A stretch of 64,000 bases of DNA from Gemmatimonadota bacterium (GTDB lineage: Bacteria; Gemmatimonadota; Gemmatimonadetes; Gemmatimonadales; GWC2-71-9). A program made the translations under genes and the position numbers. The stretch covers positions 1 to 64,000 of the forward strand of contig JBDHAB010000001.1 of the NCBI GenBank assembly GCA_039588295.1. Reading direction: 5' to 3'. The stretch's first letter is position 1; every line of letters begins with the position of its first letter. The notes beneath the pieces were generated by a model. The model had not been told where the DNA came from. It made no database searches and saw only the letters and a list, made by a program, of their open reading frames with translations. This document shows, piece by piece, positions 57,861 through 64,000 of the stretch.

Positions 57861-59062
57861 GCCCCTTCCGACACGTTGAAGATCGCCGCTATGCCCACAT
57901 CGCCGGCGGCACAGCCGAAGACCAAGACATTACCGCCACCTAAATCGACCGCTTCCTCGAGTGCCTCGATCAGTATGCGCGTGAGGGTTGGCCCCTGCGG
58001 GTGACCCCACACGAGGGAGCACCCCGTCTTGTTCATCTCGTGCCAGTCGTAATCCAGGAGCCTTCCAAAGACTGCGTCATTGACCGCAAATGGGTTGTGG
58101 TTCTTTACCACCGCCATGTCCCGCATTGTCAGGCCCGCCCGCTCCAAGAGTTGTTGGACCGCCAGCGCGGGTGCTTCGGGCATGAGGCTCGCGTGGGTAC
58201 GTAGCTCCGTCTTGGCCACGAATTGAATGTCGATCTCGGGACGGGGACTCAGTTCCCGGGCGCGTTCCTTGGTGGTCACGAGCAGGGTCGCCATGCCATC
58301 TGACGCGTGAGTCTGTGTGCCACCGGTGACGCACGTATCCAGCTCGCGCATCTCCCTGAGCCCCTCGAGCGTCAGCTGCCGCACCCCAAGGTCGTCATCA
58401 ATGCGTCCGAGGGGCCGGCCCTGGAGGTTCAGGACATCGAGCGGCACCAGCACCCGATTGAGGAAGCAGGACTTCTTTGCCTCGAAGTACTGCCGGTGAC
58501 GATGAAACGCGAGTTCGTCCACCTCTTGCCGCTCGATGCGGTATTTTCGAGCCGCAACACCGGCAGTCGTGATCATCGAGTTACCGGTCGCCGGATCGAA
58601 CCCGAAGTTGTCCCACACGTCCGCGAGTGCCTGAGTGCGCTCGTGGGCGCGTCGCTCGGGAAACACCCCGACGGGCGAGTCGCTCGTGCGGTCGAACGTC
58701 AGCACTCCGACGACATCGCTCGCAGCGGTTTCCACTTGGCTCCCAGCCAGGACCACAGCCTGGAGACCCGTCGCACACGCCTGTTCCACGTGATAGCCGG
58801 GAATGCGCTGCCCAAGGCAACTCGCCACCAGCGGGGCGTTCCAGAATTTCCAGTGCCACGGGATGGTTGACCCAATGACCAGGTAATCCAGCTCGCTCTT
58901 GGGCACACGGCGGAGGCTCAGGATTCGATTCATCGCCTCACCGGCGAACTGGCCAATATTTACTTCCGCCAGCGCGGAGGTCTGCCACGCGGGGAAATGG
59001 CTGCTGCCCCATGTGCCGTAGGGGATTCTGGCTCTTGGAAACATCGAGGTGTGCGCCGTCAT
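57857..59062 (-). CDS. Thiolase family protein
   Basis: QACATG, HNPFAVND, GHPQGPT, CAAGD. Confidence 0.85.
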   Translation of the reverse strand: MTAHTSMFPRARIPYGTWGSSHFPAWQTSALAEVNIGQFAGEAMNRILSLRRVPKSELDYLVIGSTIPWHWKFWNAPLVASCLGQRIPGYHVEQACATGLQAVVLAGSQVETAASDVVGVLTFDRTSDSPVGVFPERRAHERTQALADVWDNFGFDPATGNSMITTAGVAARKYRIERQEVDELAFHRHRQYFEAKKSCFLNRVLVPLDVLNLQGRPLGRIDDDLGVRQLTLEGLREMRELDTCVTGGTQTHASDGMATLLVTTKERARELSPRPEIDIQFVAKTELRTHASLMPEAPALAVQQLLERAGLTMRDMAVVKNHNPFAVNDAVFGRLLDYDWHEMNKTGCSLVWGHPQGPTLTRILIEALEEAVDLGGGNVLVFGCAAGDVGIAAIFNVSEGA

Positions 59063-59225
59063 GCGTGTCAGTCCAATTGGCTCGAGGTGGTGCGTGTTGA
59101 GCGTGCACCGAGCCCGCGGGCGATCAGGTGCCGCTAATCAGAGACGAAAGATGCGCACGGATCACGCTCCAGGCGAGCCCGAGTTCATCATGCACCAGCG
59201 GTGTGGAAGGAGACTCCAAAAACAC

Positions 59226-59381
59226 TGAGCCGCGTCGTTGGTACCGAATGCCCAACGGCGCGGCTCATGACCTGCGCAACCTGGTACGACCGCCGTCTGG
59301 CGCTCGATCAAAGGCGCAGATCGCGATTCGGTCCTGGGTCAGCTACCGATGCGGCGATCGCTTGCCCATACCAGGTTGCGC
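59226..59381. repeat. Intergenic inverted repeats
   Basis: 16-bp stem 59226-59241/59252-59267 (1 mismatch) and perfect 13-bp pair 59274-59286/59369-59381. Confidence 0.7.
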
Positions 59382-59583
59382 TCTGGTTGATTACTAGACA
59401 ATGGATCACCTCCTTGGCTGGGGTACGCGTTCGGGCGTGAACGCCCGAATACTAATAGGAACCGTCAGAAATGGCGAAGGTCCCCGCTCGATTCCACCCG
59501 CTCGCCCCCACCCCCGACACTACCCAGCCTTGCCGGTCCTATGTACTTTGCGTGCCCTTAGTTACAGCCACGGAGAGGTTGGT

Positions 59584-60321
59584 ATGAGGTATCGCAACAT
59601 TCGGACAATACCCGGCGCGTTGGCACTGGCCTTGATACTGGGCGCCCAACCGGCGAGTGCGCAGGACGAGAAGCCGGTCGTGGTCACCGTGGATCTCGGC
59701 TTCGTGAACACGGCTGGAAACTCGGAGGTGACCACCCTGAACGGCGGCGACAAGCTCGTGTACACGTCAGCGCCATGGGTCTTCACCCAGACGTTCAACG
59801 TGGTGTACGGCGAGACCGAGGGCACGACCACCACCAGCCAGTGGCAGGCGGGCGGGCGGCTAGACTATCAGATCCGGCCCCGAGTCTCCCTGTTTGGTCA
59901 GGGCCGGTTCGAGCGCAACACCTTTGCCGGTATCAGGCGCCGGTTCGAGGAGGCGGTCGGCGTTGCGGCGACGCTGCTCGAAGCGAATCGGAACAAACTC
60001 ACCGCCGAGGCCGGCGTGGCGTATAACCAGCAGACCTCGGATCAAACGGGTGTCACCGACAACTTCACATCCGGCCGCGCCGCTGCGGAGTTTCGGCGTG
60101 ATCTGACCGAAACCGCATTCTTGACGTTGAGCGGCGAGTTCCTGCCGAACTTCGAGGTCTCAGAGGACTACCGGGTCAACGGCATCGCCGCGCTGGTAGC
60201 ACCGATCTCGAGGGCGATCGCGCTCAAGGTGTCGTACGAAGTGCGTTACGATCACCTGCCGGAGCCGACCTTCGAGACGACCGACAGGATCCTGACGACG
60301 GGATTGCAGATCGTCTTCTAA
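59584..60321 (+). CDS. DUF481 (YdiY-like) outer-membrane barrel
   Basis: Signal peptide, GFVNTAGNS, barrel strands, C-terminal F; GAGG RBS. Confidence 0.8.
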   Translation: MRYRNIRTIPGALALALILGAQPASAQDEKPVVVTVDLGFVNTAGNSEVTTLNGGDKLVYTSAPWVFTQTFNVVYGETEGTTTTSQWQAGGRLDYQIRPRVSLFGQGRFERNTFAGIRRRFEEAVGVAATLLEANRNKLTAEAGVAYNQQTSDQTGVTDNFTSGRAAAEFRRDLTETAFLTLSGEFLPNFEVSEDYRVNGIAALVAPISRAIALKVSYEVRYDHLPEPTFETTDRILTTGLQIVF

Positions 60322-60371
60322 GCAGTGGGTCCTGGCATGTCGGCGCGCCGGGTGAATGCGTGGCAACGCAT

Positions 60372-60407
60372 GAGGCACGGGTCAGAAGCCCGTGCCTCGC
60401 TTGTTTC
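60372..60407 (+). terminator. Intrinsic terminator
   Basis: GAGGCACGGG-TCAGAAG-CCCGTGCCTC then GCTTGTTT. Confidence 0.6.
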
Positions 60408-60529
60408 CCCCCAGTGGCATACCCGACTCATATGCTCTAGATTGGCTCGGTGCTAGCAATGAACGTCCCCGGCAACGTGTGCTCATGCGGAGTCGAGCCG
60501 CCCTTGGGGTGACTGTCCTTGGAGATGGA

Positions 60530-60925
60530 ATGCCGATTCGATATACGATTGACTCGAAGAACGGCGTCGTCTACACGACGGCAAGTGGCACGCTAACGGA
60601 AGACGAGCTGTTGGCTCACAAGCGGGCACTGATGCGCGATCCCGCCTTCAACGCGGGAATGAAGGAGCTGTCGGATATCCGCGCCGTCGAGCATCTCGAT
60701 GTCTCGGTTGAGGCGATTCAAGGTTTGGCCAAGTTCGACCGTGAGCATACGAATGATGTTGGTGAGCACCAACTGGGATTGCTTGTCCCCACGGATTTCG
60801 TGTTCGGCATGGCGCGCATGTATGAGATGATGACGGAAGGCAATACGGCCGGCGTGGTGGTGTTTCGCGACGAAGCAGAGGCCAAGGCCTGGGTGGGGCT
60901 TGGCGAGGCACCACCGCTCGGGTGA
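60530..60925 (+). CDS. STAS/SpoIIAA-like hypothetical protein
   Basis: MPIRYTID, GTLT, FGMARMY, VFRDEAEAKAW; GGAG RBS. Confidence 0.65.
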   Translation: MPIRYTIDSKNGVVYTTASGTLTEDELLAHKRALMRDPAFNAGMKELSDIRAVEHLDVSVEAIQGLAKFDREHTNDVGEHQLGLLVPTDFVFGMARMYEMMTEGNTAGVVVFRDEAEAKAWVGLGEAPPLG

Positions 60926-60947
60926 GTTACCCCTTCGCAGGTGGCGG

Positions 60948-61580
60948 CTAGAAGAAGGCAACCGTTGCCCCGGCCACCCCCGTCAGGCGAAAGCCGTGAC
61001 CGATGTGAAACAGGAGGTCGGCCCTGGGCGTGATAACGACGCTGCCAACTGGCCATCGCGCACCAAAACCTGCGGTGGTAACAAACGCCACAAACGACTT
61101 GAGCGGCGACGCGTCCAGGACCGATGTGTCGATATCCCCTACGGCCCCTATGCCGATACCGACCTTGCCAAACGGACCGGACCGCCTGCCGTAGCGTGCA
61201 ACAACACTCGCCGCCCATCTCGCGATGGTGCGGGTCCGGCCCGGGTCGGGGAAAAACGCCCCGCCCTCTGCGAAATGCTCACGACGAAAGACGCCAACGA
61301 GTTCGCCTCCGAGCGACACCGTGCGCGAACGATCGCCGACCTCAATGATGGCGGCCACCGCCGGACCGCCAAACCGGCCGGTGCCGACGCCCATGCCCAA
61401 CCCCATGTCGACCCACTTACCACCGAGATTGTCGGTCGACTGCGCGGCGAGGACACACACGTCCGTCGCCGCCGCCGCCAGCACGACACCTACCGGCGCA
61501 AACAGCAGGGTCAGGAGTCTCAGTCTGCGGCGAACCCACCCTCGCTGGGGCTGCAGATGGGGCTGAACGGAGGCATGCAT
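60948..61580 (-). CDS. Hypothetical exported beta-barrel-like protein; start uncertain
   Basis: Hydrophobic leader, Gly-rich alternating strands, ends FF. Confidence 0.45.
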   Translation of the reverse strand: MHASVQPHLQPQRGWVRRRLRLLTLLFAPVGVVLAAAATDVCVLAAQSTDNLGGKWVDMGLGMGVGTGRFGGPAVAAIIEVGDRSRTVSLGGELVGVFRREHFAEGGAFFPDPGRTRTIARWAASVVARYGRRSGPFGKVGIGIGAVGDIDTSVLDASPLKSFVAFVTTAGFGARWPVGSVVITPRADLLFHIGHGFRLTGVAGATVAFF

Positions 61581-61686
61581 GGGCGTCAGGGCATCCGCAC
61601 GGTGCTATGTCAGCTACCTCGCCAGCATCGGCGAGGTCACGCCGTGAGCTGATCCGCACAGGCGCGGGTCGACCGGCGCGCCGGAG

Positions 61687-62133
61687 CTACGCACTGAACT
61701 GCCGCAGGTGATGATCGAGGTGCCGGTACATCAGGACGTCCCAATCGCGGGGTGTCATTCGACCGAACATCGGATGGGTTGGGGCGAGTTGACTGGCAGG
61801 CGCGGCCGCAAACCGAACGATCAGGTCCACGAGCGAGGCGCGATCTACCTCCCAGCCCGCTGCTGAAGTGCCGAGTGTTCCGGGCGGAGCCTTTGCTTTG
61901 CCCTTGGGCCACGGAAGCACATGGATCAAGAGATACCGGATCGGTGCAAGGCGCGTGTATCCACGCGGTGGAGCACACGGAATGTCCCCGAGTGCCAGCC
62001 GGAAACCATCTCCGAGGTGAGGGAGGACCTGCGAGTTCTCCATTCTTCCCCAGCGGCGCTCACTTCGTGGAGTCACACAGTCGATCCGCTCAGTAAACGC
62101 TGCGCGAGCGGCTTCACTCCGAAGCGATCGCAT
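61687..62133 (-). CDS. DUF1569/DinB-superfamily protein
   Basis: WGRM, HPMFGRMT..W, HLDHHLRQF; GGAGG RBS. Confidence 0.82.
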   Translation of the reverse strand: MRSLRSEAARAAFTERIDCVTPRSERRWGRMENSQVLPHLGDGFRLALGDIPCAPPRGYTRLAPIRYLLIHVLPWPKGKAKAPPGTLGTSAAGWEVDRASLVDLIVRFAAAPASQLAPTHPMFGRMTPRDWDVLMYRHLDHHLRQFSA

Positions 62134-62293
62134 TGTCACCTCCGTCGGTGGACGCTGCACGGTGAAGGACCGGACAGTATTGACAACGGGAAACTTGGTG
62201 ATTCTTTGGACGTTCGACCCTTTCTACATTGCACATGCCAAGTTAACCGGATCCTTTCATCTCTTTCGAAACCAGCAGTCCAGGGAGCACGTG

Positions 62294-64000
62294 ATGCGAA
62301 ACAAGAGTAGGCCGGTGCGATGGGCGTCCGTTTTCGGTCTGGTCCTCGGTGTCCTTGTCGCAGCGCCCGGAGCGAGCCTCGGACAAGCCGCGGGTGACCG
62401 CGTTCCGGGCGACCTTTGGATGCGCTACGCGGACGTCGCGCAGGCCGGTTTTGACGCTGCGAAGCTCGCCGCAGCACGAGAGACGTGGGAAGGACTTCCG
62501 TCCTCGGCCTTCATGGTGGTCGCCGACGGTGCGGTCGTCGCTGCCTGGGGCGAGGTTGAGCGACGCTTCATGTGTCATTCGGTGCGGAAGAGTTTCATGT
62601 CCGCGCTCTATGGGATCTACTGGGACCGCGGAGACATCGAACTCAACAAGACGCTGGCCGATCTCGGCATCGACGACGAGCCGGACCCGCTCTTGGAAAC
62701 CGAGACACGGGCGCGGATTCTCGATCTCCTCAAAGCACGCTCCGGAGTCTTCCATCCCGCGGCCTATGCGGGTCGGACGGACTCGCGGCCACGAGGGAGC
62801 GAAGGTCCAGGTCGCTACTTCGCCTACAACAATTGGGACTTCAACACCCTGGCCACGATACTGGAACAGGAAACGGGAGACCGCGTTTTCGAGGCCTTCG
62901 ACCAGCACTTTGGTAAGCCGCTGCAAATGGAGGACTGGCGCGTTTCGGACGGCTACTACCACTTCGAGCGCGACAAGTCGAAATACCCGGCCTACCCATT
63001 TCGGATCTCGGCGCGCGACGCGGCTCGCTTCGGCTTGCTCTTTGCCCGCGATGGGACGTGGAACGACGAGCGGATACTCTCCGAGCACTGGGTTCGCCGC
63101 AGCTCCGCCCTCTACTCGATCGACAACGACATCATAGGATACGGCTTCATGTGGTGGGTGTTGCGTGAGCCCCGATTCACGCGGCATGGGATGTTCACCG
63201 CGCTCGGTGTCGGCAACCAGATGATCGCCGTGCTGCCGAAATCGGATCTGGTAATCGTGAATCGTGCCAACACCTACGAGGGCGAGGGGACACCGACGCC
63301 CGCGCTGCTCGACCTCATCGAGCAGGTCCTCGAGGCACGGACGGGCACTCCGGTTGCAGACCCAAGGCTCACGCCGCTCGAAGTCGGCTCCGACCCGAAG
63401 ATCACCGAGATGCCGAATGACCGCCTCGGGGAGTTCGTCGGCGAGTGGGACTTCCCTCCGTCACCCCTCGGATTGCCCGCGAGCATGAAGGTCCGAATCA
63501 CTGCCGGCGAAGGACATCTCGTGGGTTTTGCCCCGGTCGCAGGCACGTTCAAACTCTATCTCCAAGAGGACGGCTCACTGCATGAGGAAGACAGTCACCG
63601 TCGCTACGTGCCGGTCCGGGACGCTGCCGGTTCCTTCGCCGGGATTGCGGATGCGACTTCCCTCGTGACCGCCGCTATCACTGCCGCAGCCGATGGTCGG
63701 AGCGACCGTGCCGAACAGCTTCTGGCGAAGGTCGAGGGCGACGAAAGCGCCCAAGTCGGAGTCGCAAGAGCCGTTGTCAATCTCCTGGGCGGCCGGCAGC
63801 AGGCGGCGGAGCGCGCAGTTCGGGAGCTGGCGGAGCGCATCAACCCGGCCCGGGTCGAGGCCGAGGTCAACGCCGTGGGTTACGCGTTGCTACAGACTCA
63901 AAGGGCTGAACAGGCACTGGAGATTTTCGAGCTCAATACACGCGTCTTCCCCGAGGCGTTCAACACGTGGGACAGCCTCGCCGAAGCGCACATGGTTCTC
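62294..64000 (+). CDS. Serine hydrolase (beta-lactamase-like) with C-terminal TPR, 3'-truncated; absent from the ORF track because no stop lies in the window
   Basis: Own translation: signal peptide MRNKSRPVRW..., HSVRKS (SxxK), YNNWDFN, NAVGY...FELN..FP...NTWDSLAEA; GGGAG RBS. Confidence 0.82.
   Translation, partial: MRNKSRPVRWASVFGLVLGVLVAAPGASLGQAAGDRVPGDLWMRYADVAQAGFDAAKLAAARETWEGLPSSAFMVVADGAVVAAWGEVERRFMCHSVRKSFMSALYGIYWDRGDIELNKTLADLGIDDEPDPLLETETRARILDLLKARSGVFHPAAYAGRTDSRPRGSEGPGRYFAYNNWDFNTLATILEQETGDRVFEAFDQHFGKPLQMEDWRVSDGYYHFERDKSKYPAYPFRISARDAARFGLLFARDGTWNDERILSEHWVRRSSALYSIDNDIIGYGFMWWVLREPRFTRHGMFTALGVGNQMIAVLPKSDLVIVNRANTYEGEGTPTPALLDLIEQVLEARTGTPVADPRLTPLEVGSDPKITEMPNDRLGEFVGEWDFPPSPLGLPASMKVRITAGEGHLVGFAPVAGTFKLYLQEDGSLHEEDSHRRYVPVRDAAGSFAGIADATSLVTAAITAAADGRSDRAEQLLAKVEGDESAQVGVARAVVNLLGGRQQAAERAVRELAERINPARVEAEVNAVGYALLQTQRAEQALEIFELNTRVFPEAFNTWDSLAEAHMVL

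Noticed and set aside
62243..63187. ORF-track calls 62243-63187(-) and 62349-63137(+)
   Set aside because: The real gene is the open plus-strand serine hydrolase starting at 62294
1..64000. tRNA, rRNA, transposases, phage or defence genes
   Set aside because: None recognised by eye; tRNAscan/Rfam/HMM scans would be needed to exclude them

Overview
High-GC bacterial chromosomal window. The gene repertoire (DUF5916 barrels, BTAD- and ECF-linked Ser/Thr kinases with TPRs, plug-only proteins, many exported peptidases) suggests Gemmatimonadota; this is inference only. Left half: peptidases (PtrB, PepC-like C1, S8, M1, serine hydrolase), an ECF sigma/anti-sigma/PDZ operon, dinB, PBP1B, two DUF5916 paralogs and a BTAD-kinase + small peptide + S8-barrel module. 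Centre (34.4-44.9 kb): a TetR-led anaerobic aromatic ring-reduction operon (had, oah, SDR, thiolase + DUF35, dch, four class I benzoyl-CoA reductase subunits, small CxxC protein). It is followed by leuB/leuA-like genes, iorAB and, further right, a thiolase plus HAD-ECH fusion. Most unusual observations: (i) a ~490-bp tandem duplication (54820-55793) encoding two diverged Cys-rich putative lipopeptides, divergent from a kinase-type ECF sigma + Ser/Thr kinase pair, which also copies the 3' end of the neighbouring gene; (ii) a shared CAACC-N19-CTAA ECF-like promoter before the ECF sigma and both DUF5916 genes; (iii) the BCR operon itself. No rRNA, tRNA, CRISPR array, transposase or intact integrase was recognised. 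All calls are by motif recognition without database searches.
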